Of a DNA stretch of 64,000 nt, positions 12,171 through 24,800 are shown piece by piece. The notes beneath the pieces were generated by a model, which was not told the origin of the DNA, made no database searches, and was given only the letters and a program-made list of their open reading frames with translations. Made by a program: the position numbers and the translations under genes. Source of the stretch: Polymyxa betae A26-41 (taxonomy: Eukaryota > Protista > Endomyxa: Phytomyxea); NCBI GenBank assembly GCA_003693705.1, contig RBZT01000680.1, forward strand, positions 1 to 64,000. Direction: 5' to 3'. Each line of letters starts with the position of its first letter. Positions within the stretch are counted from its first letter, which is position 1.

Positions 12171-13498
12171 TGACTATAACCACGGTAGATGCGCATACCA
12201 TTTTAACAAAAAACTTTTCCAGTTGCAGACCTATAGCGATAGATCAGAACCCTAGTCTAGTGAGCGAAGATACTAGCAAAACGAGCCCATACGACGACCC
12301 AGAAGCCGTCTTGCGATTCTCCCTACGATCAGATCGGGTTCTACTGATGGAACAAGGACTCGAAGTCCAACCATGTCTCAACCACAGCCGCTGGATTCTA
12401 GAGCTCCAGCAGCACCCAAAGCAGCAACCAGCCTCCCGGTGTTGCAACAGTATCACAGAAGGAGCAGATATCCGATACACTGGCCCGACCAATCGAACAA
12501 GAGGATGGGATTCACCGGAAAAGCATGACGATTCACGGCAAAGATTCTTCGCGACATTAACGTAAAGAGCACATGTAGGGGCACTTCGTCGGCCCCTTCA
12601 TGCGTGACTAAATTCCCTTTCCTCACTTCATGACCTGTCCAGTCTATACCGAAGCCAACCGCCTGGGTATTCGATTAGATGCGACAAAGAGGCAAAGCCC
12701 TTCGACCTGCCAGACATATATAGGATTCCAATTCGACACCGAGACGATGAGAGTCTCCATCCCTCCAAAGAAATTAGCTAAGGCAAAGGCAAAGATTTCT
12801 GAGTTCCTGCTGGCCAACAAGGCAACGATCACCCAATACCAGCTGCTAATTGGCACCCTAAACTACCTCGCCCAGATCATGCCGGCAGGCCGGACCTTCC
12901 TCTTCCACCTGCGCCAACAGGTCCGATCCTACACTATCAGGTTCTGCACCCAGCCAGTTCCCGCTTACGTCAAAGAGGATTTGCGGACATGGCTCAAGTT
13001 CATTGACTCCTGGAACGCATCATATGAGATTATTCCAGAATGCGAGAAGAATGCCTCTGATATAGGAGTATTCACCGATGCTTCAGATTGGGGAATGGGT
13101 GGCTGGAATGCCCAGACCCGAGAATGGTTTCAAGAACCATGGCCAACCACCCACCAACAAGAAAGCATCGGAGCGAGAGAGCTCCGAGCGGTCCTCGAAG
13201 CCCTCACACTTTGGGCCATGATTGGCAGGGCGCCACTGAAATTATCGACACCGATAATGAAGGCAATGTCCATGCAATGACCAACCGCCGCTCCCGAACA
13301 GACCCCGTCATCAACGACATTCTGAAGTCGATATTTTATGACGAGTTATCACACAGATGTCGCATCAAGCTCGTGCACATTGCAGGCACTACCAACACCA
13401 TTGTTGATGCACTATCACGTAACAGACACTGCACAGAGACCCTGAAAGGGAAACGCGTTCAGCGGGCTGAGAGGTTCTGCAGAGGAGAAGCCCCTTAA
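12170..13498 (+). pseudogene. Ngaro RT (catalytic core deleted) and RNase H
   Basis: ITEGADIRYTGP; LGIRLDATKRQSP...YIGFQFDT...LIGTLNY; RNase H FTDAS, ELRAV, DTDN, VDALSR; no YxDD present. Confidence 0.85.
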
Positions 13499-13631
13499 AC
13501 GCAAATCAATAAAAACGCAGAATATATGAGCAGGGCACTAATGAAACATAACATGAAGCGAAGAAGTCCCCCACGGACCTAGAATCGGAAGAGACACGAG
13601 AGAGGGAGACCAGACCCATCACACTGCTACC

Positions 13632-14827
13632 ATGAGTATAAAGAAGAGAACGCTTCCTTTCCACCTATCCAAGGAAGGGGCCAAGGCCCTAAAGAAGGCG
13701 AAGTCTATCCAGATCCGAGACACCGAGCGTGATCCAAACTACAGGAAGGACAAGTCCCTCAAGACGAACGAACTATCAAAGAGAGGTGAACAGTACCTGA
13801 AGGTCCTCAGGGATCGTAATGTCCTGGGAGACTCTGTCCTAGCCCACGAGAACCCAGGATTGGTGGAAGAGGCCAGACGAGAATTGGCTCAATCTCTCGC
13901 AACCAATTCCCTGAATGCATACATTTCCGCATGGAAGAATTTTACCAAATGGTGCGAACTTTACGGTGTTGACTACGTTAAGCCGTCGGAATCCGACCTC
14001 GTTCTGTATGTCTTCGACCAAGGCCGAAAACCCAAGGATCAGGGAGGCTTGAGATATCCAACACTGAAGAACTACCTAATGGCATCAGCCACTCTCTGAC
14101 CGCTGGATCAAAGCCCCTCAATTTGTTGGAAGAGATGCCATTACTAGAGGCAATGATGCGCCGACTCCACATCTTACACGGAGCCCAACAAGCCGACACG
14201 CGACGTCCTATTTTTCTATGGATGCTAATTAAGATGAAGAGATCCGGCATCATCAGGACCACCCTCGATATGACAATGCTATCGATCGCGCTACTTGGAC
14301 GCGAAGGACAGTACCGACTCGGGGAGATCACTGCCGACAACCACTCTTCCTCCACACACCCGACGCTCGGACAATGGACATACACACTCAGCGAAGTGAC
14401 CGCGTCCCTTACCCTCCTCGAAGGTAAGACCAACACATGGCAACTGGCCATCAAAGTCATCCATCCCATTGAAGACACCGAAGCCTGTGCCGCAAAGGCC
14501 CTTCAGAACCTGATTATCGAACGAGCCAACTGCAAGGCTACCGACCCACTATTCTCGGACGCACAGAACCGACCCATCACGCGAAAGGCGTTCACCACAT
14601 GGCTAAACAAAGCATTGAAGAGTATCGGAATCTCAGACGGACGATACAAGGGCCACAGCCTACGAATCGGTGGAGCCACAGAACTTAGTGAAATGAAGGT
14701 CGCTGACCACGTAATCCAAGCGATGGGCAGATGGCGCTCATCATGCTATACCCGCTACCGTCGAACAGACACAACCCAGATTCTGCAGACAATTAAAGCA
14801 ACCTACCGCAGGACGGAATGCAACTGA
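13632..14827 (+). pseudogene. Ngaro tyrosine recombinase (disrupted near 14097-14122)
   Basis: N-terminal SLATNSLNAYISAWKNF; catalytic YRLGE, GKT, HSLRIGGAT, GRWRSSCYTRY. Confidence 0.92.
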
Positions 14828-14995
14828 CAATAAAGGATTTCGGCAATGAACAGAACATTAATGAGCCGACTCAGTTTCGAACAGAATCCAGTTTATGATG
14901 AGAAACCAATCATAGAGACAGAGCAGACATAAAGGCAGTCGAGTAGAAACAGCTGAGCCAACGAGCGGGCGGGCAGAAAGGCCATGAAGGTTGGA

Positions 14996-15080
14996 GGGGA
15001 AAGGGCTGAGAAGATTCTCGAAACGAACGAGACCTTCGGCCCTTCCGGCCTTTCCACCCAACCGAAATGAGACATCAATT
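14996..15080 (+). repeat. Ngaro split direct repeat B1
   Basis: 85 bp, near-identical to 15362-15446. Confidence 0.92.
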
Positions 15081-15293
15081 TTAGGTATCCGGACGAGAGA
15101 GCGAACCACAAGTTATGAGAACGAGGAACAGATACCGTTATTGACGGCCACGAAGGTAATATATGACAAGAGACCCCTATAAAATTTCTGCGGCTAGGTC
15201 CGTGGCGCAGTCCGGACCCCAGCCGCCACGAGGTAGGGAGACCAAGCTCTCCCGACCTCTAGACTCTCACTCTTCTATCTCGCGTGCATTTGC
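15079..15293 (+). repeat. Ngaro split direct repeat A2
   Basis: Copy of 10875-11089, abutting B1. Confidence 0.92.
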
Positions 15294-15361
15294 CCCGTAG
15301 CCAACCAAGCCTAACCAAAAGGAATTGAATACCGATAAGCCGAATAATAATAAAAACAACC

Positions 15362-15446
15362 GGGGAAAGGGCTGAGAAGATTCTCGAAACGAACGAGGTC
15401 TTCGGCCCTTCCGGCCTTTCCACCCAACCGAAGTGAGACATCAATT
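15362..15446 (+). repeat. Ngaro split direct repeat B2 (right terminus)
   Basis: Copy of 14996-15080. Confidence 0.92.
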
Positions 15447-15514
15447 ACTATAATTTTTGTACCTAAAAAACACCTTGTGGCTAATGATTTGCTTTCAAAG
15501 TCGTACATGGTATA

Positions 15515-18016
15515 CCGTGGACTCTCTTATAATTTATAGGGTCGGTGGAGGGGTTTCGTATTAATTATAAGCGAGTATCAATTATATCTGCGTGACATTG
15601 ATACAGTAATTGCGAGAACTGCGGGGCGGTTCTTGACCCGGGTCAACGCTGCCAGAAATTGGAAGAATATCAGTCCCTTCCTCTCTCGCGATTGCTGCGC
15701 TGTGTCACCCGTGCTTGCTACATTTACAGAGCTCTCGTTGGCAGTTATGGATCGCTGTGATGTTTGTTCAGACAACGCTAGCGGGAATCATCGGTTAGTG
15801 GACTTGCTTTGCCAAAAATTGTCAGGATAACAGGTTTTCAGCTGTCCGGCTTGTGATCGACCCGTCCATCCGTTCTGTGGTGAACCATACGCAGCCGATG
15901 AAGAAGGATTTGACCAACGCATTTGGTGCTCGAAGTCTGGGAAGTGCATGCTTTCAAATCAACAGCAGCCAGAATCTGATTGGAAATTGCCCACTGATTC
16001 GGAGTTATCGTCGGATAAATCGTCCGATAGTTCATCCGATGAAAATCGTATCGTTGTCGTTAATGCGGATGTCATCTGGAAGTCCAAATCCAAATTATCC
16101 CATGAGCAACGATCCCAAATTTGGAAGAAGCATCAGGAAGCACCTGAAATGACACAGCTTAAGCTTGCTGAATGGGCGAAAGATGAGTTCCAGCTGGAAA
16201 AACTCACACAAGCCACGATTTCTACAATTTTAAAGGATTTTAGGAACTCTTCCTCGGGTGGCGGGAATTTGACGAATGAACAGGTCCACCAGATCTGGAC
16301 GAAAAGCAAGCAGAGCAAAATGAGCCAGAAAGACTTAGCAGATTGGGCAAAGAAGAAGTTCAATCTCCAGAACGCACCTTGTCAGGCGACGATATCTAAC
16401 ATCGTCAACAACAAACGTGCCATCTCTGACGCTTTGGATGATAAGACTCGCAATATCAAGCGAAAACGTGTCGTGAAATCCCCTGAGCTCGACAACATCT
16501 TGGTTGAATGGATTCTTCAACGCCAAGAAAACCGAGTGATCTTAACTTGACAACTGATCCAGAGGAAGGCTCACGAATTTGCTGATCTGTTGAAGTTGCC
16601 AGAGGACCAGCGCCCTAATTTCTCCGATGGTTGGATTGAGAAATGTTTGAACCGTCATGGTCTCAAGACCATGTTCTTTCCGGTGAAAGCGGTTCTGCCG
16701 ACACAGCAGCTATCGAAGTAGCTTTACCTGATCTTCAGAACGCAATCAAACAAATATCATCCTCAGGACGTCTTCAACATGGATGAGACCGGACTCTTCT
16801 ACTGTCTAGCGCCTGACCGGACAATTGCGACCAGACAGCTTGAGGGTATGAAGAAGGACAAAACCCGTATCAATATTGCTCTGTGTGTCAATGCGGACGG
16901 CACGGAAAATTAGAACTTCTGATTATCGGTCACGCCGCAAAACCTATAGCTTTCAACAACAAATCCGGAGAGCAGCTTGGTTTCTATTACCGCCACAACA
17001 AAAAACCTTGGATGACCTCGTTACTCTTTCAAGAGTGGTTGCAGGAGTTCGATTCTCGAATGAAGCGGCAACAACGAAACATCCTTCTTCTTTTGGATAA
17101 TGCACCTACTCACATGGTGAAGAATCTTAAACTCTTGAACGTAAAGGTATTTTCCTACCACCGAATACAACGTCGCGCATACAGCCGATGGATGCCGGGA
17201 TTATTGCTGCATTCAAGAAGCGCTACCGGTCGTTCCATTTACCTCATGCCTTAGATCGCGATGCTGCTGGGGAGAAGGATCTCTACAAAGTAGATATTCT
17301 AAAGGCAATGCGATGGTGCAGTGCGGCTTGGAATGCATTGACGCCGGACACCATTGCAAATTGTTGGTTGCACAATGGTTTGATGAATGGCGGGACAGCA
17401 TCGTCCTTGTCTGACTCGTTCGATGACAGTGAAATCGATCAGCAGTTGCTAGATCATATCGAGCATCTCAACATCTCTTCGCCTTTGTCCATCGAAGAGA
17501 TGGCAGGCCATAAGACGGACGCTGCTATTCATCATGCGTTTTCTGATACTGATATGGTAGAGCTGTTTTCTGAAGTTGCTGATCAAGAGTATGATGCAAT
17601 CGTAGATGCCAGCCCGGAGCCAGATGTAGAAGAGGTTTCTCTTGAAGACAATATCAAAGCTCTGAAACTCACTCTTAACCTTCTGGTTGATGAACCTATA
17701 GAAAATAAGGCTGCGATTCGCGAAGTCCGCAGAGTTTTACTCCGTCTCAGTAAGGAAAAAATGGAAAAAAAGCTTTGTAATCTCAAACAGAGCGATATTC
17801 GCTTTTTTATGACAAAATAAACATGATTTGAATGTGAGAAACCTGAAAGTCCCTTGGTATTTTTATGCTTATAATTAATGGTTCCTGAGGTTTTATCAAT
17901 TATGAAGTATAAGAGAGTATTAATTATAAGCCATAGAACACATTCGGTGGACGCGCTCATGATCAAATATAAGCGAGTATTATTTATAAGAGAACCAATT
18001 ATAAGCGAGTCTACGG
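15515..18016 (+). mobile_element. pogo/Tigger-family (Tc1/mariner superfamily) DNA transposon
   Basis: TIRs CCGTGGACTCTCTTATAATT / AATTATAAGCGAGTCTACGG; TA TSD; subterminal TATAAG(C/A)GAGTAT repeats. Confidence 0.92.
15948..17820 (+). pseudogene. pogo transposase: two tandem N-terminal HTH modules, CENP-B HTH, DDE_1 domain
   Basis: QxxLAEWAK..F.L...QATIS twice; LDNILVEW; FNMDETG; LLLDNAPTH; QPMDAGII; stops and frameshifts. Confidence 0.9.
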
Positions 18017-18299
18017 TATAATACCATCTACGGAGTCCGATCGGGGCTAATGTACTTGCTTTGTCGGATTGCAATCTTGAAAAAATAATGAATGAGAGGC
18101 GAATTGACATTGCACACACATCCTCTCTCCTGAGGTTAGGGCACCTCACATTGTTTCCGAACACCATGACTGAGAAAATCGGTATGTTTGCTTGAGTTCA
18201 GAGGAAAATATCATCGACCGATACTTTAATTAGGCAAGTCTGTTAATGAAGACCTTGTAAGGCTTCACAACCAGGGTCTTGGGTCTTATTTCATTTTTT

Positions 18300-19720
18300 C
18301 AAATAATACCGTACAAAATACTCCAGGAAGCGATCATGGTCCTTTAACGAATTGGCAAGGAAGTTGCTCAGCATGGCTTCGAATTCTGCTGTGATGCGAC
18401 ATCTTCTGAGAACCGAGAGCACTTGATGCACACTTATCTTCTCTTCGTTACCCAATAACAAATTTCTTCACCTGAAAAGTCTCGCTGTCTGTATTCTGTA
18501 GCCAAATTTAGAGCAGATGGCACCTGCTGTTGCCAGTAGGAAATGGCCTTGCAAACATGGGAAAACGCTTTTGGCAACCGACCACGAAACACAGTCGTCA
18601 TCCGCAGAAAAGCAAGAGGTTCCAGCAGCGGGGATTTCTCCAAAACAGTTGAGGCAAAGTCAATTTAATGCATTATCAAAATGGTCAGCCATACCTTCAT
18701 CTTACTAAAAATTATGTGCATGTAATTGCTGGATTCACCACTTGCAATTGTGAACAAGAGTGACAGGCCCCTTATTCTCCTTGGTTCCAAAACTGGTCGT
18801 GTTATGGGTGGCATCGATCGAAATCACTCTTTTGAAGTACAAATTCAAGCTTTCCCACATGGTTTGGGTCGGAATGATCAAAACAAACTCACCAATGGTG
18901 AAGCGTGATCAGATGAATCAGGAATATGGCACACTATTAGAACAATCAGTGATATCATCATTGGTTTGGGCTTCATCTGACCTTTGTAGAACAGAACGGG
19001 GATCCAGTTCTCTGCTGAAAACTTTTCAACTATTTGGTGGACAGCCAAAGCGTCATTCGATGGAACTCCGTTTCTGCGTTCCAGGCGAGCCTTGCAATTC
19101 AGTATGTCCTGGCGTGTTACCAGACGACAACTGGTGCTCTAATTAACGATGTGAACATTGTTTGTAAGCTGCCAATTCACAGTTATTTGCCTGCAATTCG
19201 CTTTCGCGAGTGCTACGATTGTTGAATTGGGCCATCATGTTTCGCAGGAGTCGCTCCACGGTTAAGCCCTGCTCAGTTCTCCATTCGATATCGTACTTCA
19301 TAGCTGCTCTCAATCAATTGTTGGTGGATGTCCGGCCGTCGGCTTGGCTACGTGTGTGAAAATCCAGAAACTCGACATTAACAGAACCGTTGGAGGAAAT
19401 TTGAGCAGTAATCAATGCTAAACAGTTGAAGTCCAACTTTGTCGATTTCGATTGCCGAACCGGGCGCTCCTTTCTCTCCCAAAGCTTAGTCCTGGCAGAT
19501 TCTTTCGAGCGGGAGCAAACGATATATAAAACAGTATCTGAATTAGCTGTTTTAACAGCACCTTTCCTATTGACAATTTACAATCATCCAGCGAATCTAC
19601 GAATTGTTCGAAATCGGTTCTGGAAAAAAAAATAAAATAATCTTTCTGAACATTTTTTTCGTGTTCGACATTAAGATGAATGACCATTTCTCTTCGTTTA
19701 GACAATGCGTGAGTGCCCAT
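18300..19720 (-). pseudogene. MULE/Mutator transposase remnant
   Basis: Minus-strand fragments HLNVEH..F..F, RLVTRQDILN, ISIDATHNT, DDC..SVFP; heavily degraded; limits approximate. Confidence 0.6.
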
Positions 19721-19789
19721 ATATCATAGAAAATCGCGGTTATTGCCAGAGGCAGAAACAGTTAAATGTTCAGCTTTATGTGTTTTGAA

Positions 19790-20380
19790 ACCTGGCGACG
19801 AAGGCTATCCGAATGTGAATACGTAAAAATCCAACGGAATCCGATTTTGAAAGGAGCCTTAAGGAAAATGACAGCCGTGAATATCCAGGAATGTTCGGCT
19901 CCCAGGATTGTGCCCATTTAATCCAGGACAAATTCCCGGTATTTTTGCATGGTTAAAATCATGATAGAGATGGAAACAAATCTATCGTTATGAGGACTGT
20001 TTCAGGTCATGATCTATGGATCTGTCCTGGTTCCAACAATGAGAGCAATATTGTTATCCGCTATCCTTTGATGGCAAAGTTTCTCAGAGGCGCACGTTCA
20101 GTACAAGGAGAATCGGAATAAATAATCCATTTCATAATTATTGATCGATGGGATTTACCCGAATTGTCCGACCTTTGTAGTTACCACTTCGCAGCCACAG
20201 GGTCTCAAAAGGAGATAATATGGTCAGCAGCAAGAATCCGATCGAAATGTGGAGCTTGCCTTTGCAGTCTTGCAGGCAAGGTCCGCCATTTTAAAGAACC
20301 CGTGTCGGCAGTGGGATCGGTTTAAAATGGTTTCTTTCCGGATTGCTTGTCTGATCCTCCACAGTAAATTCTCTGAAATA
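19790..20380 (+). pseudogene. PIF/Pong-type Harbinger transposase remnant
   Basis: DLWI..PGSNN; IDGIYP..TFV; QQESDR.VELAFAVLQAR; limits approximate. Confidence 0.75.
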
Positions 20381-21435
20381 TGAAAGTCATCACAATCTGG
20401 AAAATCTAGTCGACAAAAAATCTTTAGACCTGATATGAACGACGTCGGAACGTTTTCATTTTCAAACGCTTGGTGGAATCAACAACCTTGGCTACCAACA
20501 ATGCCGAAGACATCCCCTTTTAAACGATGAAATTGAGGAATTGAGGGGTCGAAAATACGACCACTAGATAATTTTCATTGGGTGATAAACAATCGTTGAC
20601 GACTATTGTGCATCCTGTGGTGAATGGGTCAGGATTTTGTGCATAGTTTGCAGTACAGCAGCCCGAGTTTCGCTTCTGCGTCCATTTCATTGATGTTTGC
20701 GGAAAACACACAAAACCATTCTTGCTTGCAAAAACATCTCCTGAACTTTGATATCAACCTAGGGCGTCAGCTGTTACGTAGCCGACCATGTCTCTAATCA
20801 AACAATATCCCAATTTATTTACCGTGCATTTATCTATGTTGCAACAATATATTGCTTACATCCAACTGGGCTTCTGCTTAGCTGGATCAACACAGGTTTT
20901 GATCTATTGAGCTGTCTCTTTTGTAGTGTTCTGGAGAATCATAAAAGTTTGATACAACTGGGCAGTAGACGAAAACTTCAGAAAAATGGCACGTTGACAG
21001 TCAAGAGTGCGATCTCAGAATTCATCGCTTGAATCCATCTAAACACGACTGGGCGTTTACCGGCATTTGATTGCGTGGAAGCAGCTCATTAAAGTGAGCA
21101 TAGTGTTGAAAAAGTACGCACCGACAGAAATTGCTCCGGATGTTGACTCTCTTTCCGGGTACTTTCCGTGTCCTGTATCCGGCCCCGTTTTGCCACTTTG
21201 TTGATAAAATACAAATATATATTCACGTATTGTCAATCTTTCAACGACTGATAATTCTACTGCAACGCCTAACATAATTGCGACATCAAGCAATGATCAT
21301 GAATCTGATCCACAAAACGACAGTTCTGATTTCGAGTATATAGACTGTTGGCAAATCCTGCGCGAATGCCCAAATTACGCTGCACTGGATGTTGCAACTG
21401 AATCAAGTAAAGAATCGACAGTAGATACTGCGATA

Positions 21436-21744
21436 TTGTTAGCAGAAAATGGTCCAATTGGTGCAAAGCTTGCCAAGCGGCAAGGTCTCGAGGAAGCAGA
21501 CAACGACATGAATACGTCAAATTTGCTTCAGGCGAACACTGAGCAGAACTACGCTCTACAGGAGCAGACGGCTGCGATGAAAGAGCAGGCAGCGGTCATG
21601 CGACGCCAGTCGGAAGCATTTGAAGAACAGAATGAGATCCGCCTCTTTTCGATGAAAAATGAAGACATTTCTCAATCTTCAATGGATTTCTTCTCTTTAC
21701 TGAAAGCCACGAAGTTGGCCGATTTGCGATCCCTTGCTCAGTGA
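21436..21744 (+). pseudogene. C-terminal part of a Pong/Harbinger accessory protein (NAM-associated-like)
   Basis: GPIGAKLAK motif followed by a coiled region ending EEQNEIRLF..MDFF; convergent with the Pong transposase. Confidence 0.55.
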
Positions 21745-22019
21745 GATAATCAATAAATCTATTCATGATCTTCCGATTCTCCAAATCTTGATTAGAAATG
21801 CTCTCTTAATTCACTGGTCCGCCGACAGTGCTTGTCTCGATTCTGCATCGATCCCATCCATTGCCAAAAACAAAAACAATCCATAGGCAGAAGTGCCAAA
21901 TTTCGGCCTCGATCACTACTGCCATTAATGGTTGTTTGAGCACACGATTCAGAAACTGTCGATTTCACGGTCTTGATGTGATCTTCTATGGTCATTTTTC
22001 TAAAAAAAATTATCTTATT

Positions 22020-23074
22020 GTGTAGGATGACACAAGCTTGTACAATATTTTACATCTTTAGAGTTGACCATGACCTATCTGGGATCGATAATATATGGAA
22101 TCTCCGTTTGTGAATGCCAAAGACACGTTCTACCTCTTCCCGTTTTGCTTCCTGTTTCTTCGCGAACAGATTCTTCTTGGCAGAATCTGGTTGACTGCAG
22201 TTAAAGACACAGCAGCTCCAAGATGGGTATATACCGTCAGCTAGAAAATAGTACTCATCGCATTCTGTTTCGTTAATTTCATTGGGATTACACTTTAGCC
22301 GGCCATCAAAGATGTCCTCGACTAACGGCGATCGCCCAAGAATGTTCAGGTGGTTCATGGAGCCAGGAAACCGAAACCTGGCGTACCAGATGCGCCAATC
22401 TGGGCCAAGGATTGCTTTTAAAACCATCGTGGGCAATCCCTTATCGTTGCCAACATATTGGCCCGCGTAGACTTTGGGGCAATTCTTCCGTTCGCAATGC
22501 ATATAATCGATGCTCAAAGCCTGCCCAACCCAGACTTGGTCGGCGTTCTGCTTCAAAATTGCCTGGATATCGTGCTGTGGGGCACCGAAGATATTCATCA
22601 CCAGGCACGAACAAATCCATGGCGAACTCCTCTAGACATTTTGTCGCAACGAATTTTGATATGAGACAGTATTGGTCAACGGCATCGGCAGATAATCCGT
22701 AGGCAATCGTCCGCAAGCTCGCCGTGATTTTTTGTAGTGGGCTGGGGCCGGGCTTGCCTAATGCATCAACCTGTTGCCGCATGTATGGCGAGTGCAAAGA
22801 CAGTTCGTCGAGGATCATTTTTGAATAAAGTGGATGGCATTCGGAATCGACGATCAAAGAGCTCTTCGCCATAAACAGGATTCGGAACAAGATATTGTCC
22901 CCGCATCCGCTGATGACCTTCAAGTCCACGAGGGCGATTGGGTTCCTTGCCGGGTTTCGATCCACCATGGGTTTTTCGAGATTTCGTTCGCGGTCCATGT
23001 AGATACTCGATCAGAAGATCAAATGTGTAAACATATGGAAGAGTGAATTTCCAACAGTTCATTGTTCGCATCAA
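22020..23074 (-). pseudogene. Pong/PIF Harbinger transposase
   Basis: FDRRFRM; SPLQKITASLRTIAYG; SIDYMH; FPGSMN; YYFLADGIYP; QEAKREEVERVFG. Confidence 0.85.
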
Positions 23075-23199
23075 ACAGCACTTGAAAAAGTATAGGTTTG
23101 GGTCAGTTGGCGGTGAAGAGGGTCAGTTTAAACCCTTTTTCTTTACAGACAATCACTGAGTGGCAGCAAATAGCAAAGGTTTAGGTTTGGGTCTTTTGC

Positions 23200-24800
23200 G
23201 GTGGAGATGCTCTAAACCTGCTCCTTGCTCAGCATGTTCGAAGGAAAAAATGTCGGGATCCGCAATACCGAAACACGCTCATCAGAGCAATCGACTGATT
23301 GGAGATCTCGAACACAGTGATTTATGCGGTCTTATGTCAACGCGCTCTTTAAAGGGGAACCGATAACGATGCCAGTAACTATGTCCCTTGATTCTGGATT
23401 AGTCCAATCAAATCGCTTTGATTGACCTGGCAGTTCTCCAACACGACGGAGCCATCAGTTGACTCTGGGGTATCTTCTTCCGGAAGTCGTTCAACAAACG
23501 CGAATCGCTTCAACGTACAGAGTAGTTCTTGTACTGTCGATTCTTGCTGCTGAGGTGTGATTTTTCGCCCTTGAAAGCAGGAAACGCACTCGCTGACCTG
23601 GTTAGATATATCTCTGACAACTAAAATTAGGCTCCACCAGATAGGAGTCGGAACCTCACGACTACGTTCAGATGCGGATGATTCCTCCTTTTGTGCCACA
23701 AGCTCCGATCTGCTTTCAGTCAAAAATCGTGCGACCCGTGACATCGAAGCCTCGCGCGGTGTAGACAAATTGGGACAGACTGCTCGCCTTTGATCAGTGA
23801 GAAGTTTATGACGACGCAGAAACGAAATTAAGGATGTGAGAGAGTGGTAAAATCCACAGCCAGCATTCTTGTAGACCTTCTGCATGACTATATCATTCTT
23901 GATGGAGCAAGCACCAAACCAACGTGATGGAGCAAGCACCAAACCCGAATTAAATTTTGGACGAACGGCTGCCTGTATGGGCGTCACGACACCTGATAAA
24001 TGTCCGGTCATGTTGGCAGCACCATCTGTTGAACATCCAATGAGTTTGTCTCCCAGAGGAGACAAAGCGCATCAAACAACTTTGTAAACACCTCGAGCAT
24101 CGCAAGACCGTTGTGCCGGCCAGAAAACGATATTGTAATAAGATGTAGGTTTTCCAGGGACATCTTTTCGTATAATCGGACTCGAACGTCGATCCAAGAG
24201 ACCTGCTGGAAATCATTGGAAGCATCAAATGCAACAGAGAACCCCCATTAGCTCTTAAGGATCGAGGCAATGTGCTCCAGCGAAATCGCACATGATGATC
24301 GAGCTTATGATGCACCATATAATCGCTGTAAACACCAAGTTTTACAACGTTGCACACATCTTTCACATCCTGCATTTCGTCGGACGCCATCGCAAGCGAT
24401 TGCCCACGTCCAACGAAACGAGTCGAATGAATAAACTGTTTAACCTGCTTGATCTCAATAACTTACCTGTCCGCATGGTTTTCGGTCCGTTTGAATGACC
24501 ACATCGCAATGGCACGAGTTTGACCGCCAATTTCATCTTCCTGCCAAAGCATATCCCCAATGATAACATCAACAATCTGTTTCCCTGATGACAAACGTCA
24601 TCGTAGAGGACGCTTGAATGACCAGGACGTGGATGATTTCTTTGTAGTTCCCTCGTGCGCAAAACGGACGCAAAAACGGCACCGCACGGCAGCCACTCCA
24701 GAAACAACCTGGTCACGGCCAGCAATGGAAAGGCACACTGGTAAAGGTATTTCTGCTGGAATGGTGTCATACTGGCAACGGTTTTGCACTGGCGTTGGGA
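23200..24800 (-). pseudogene. hAT-like transposase remnant
   Basis: CRFC..WSFKRP N-terminus; LIGCSTDGAANMTG..GVV; RVWCLLH (CxxH, duplicated in tandem at ~23900-23946); limits approximate. Confidence 0.65.

Larger units (their letters stand above)
10875..15446 (+). mobile_element. Ngaro/PAT-type tyrosine-recombinase (DIRS order) retrotransposon
   Basis: Split direct repeats in the order A1-ORFs-B1-A2-B2; gag, RT, RNase H and YR remnants; no TSD, with T-rich junctions matching the B|A circle junction. Confidence 0.92.
7364..18046 (+). mobile_element. piggyBac-like element A encoding a DDD transposase-YqaJ exonuclease fusion; carries nested Ngaro and pogo insertions in its 3' end
   Basis: Termini TCCCGATTGG (7364) and CCGATCGGGG (ends 18046); TSD CTAA at 7360-7363 and 18047-18050; palindromic subterminal motif TA(G/C)ATGGTAT..ATACCATCTA near both ends. 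Confidence 0.75.

Noticed and set aside
10875-15293. RIP-type hypermutation as the cause of decay
   Set aside because: Differences between repeats A1/A2 and between the LTR pair include many transversions and indels, not a C-to-T-only pattern.
20500-21050. Possible additional MULE fragment (PDPF..YLVVVFSTP)
   Set aside because: No catalytic motif recovered; too degraded to support.
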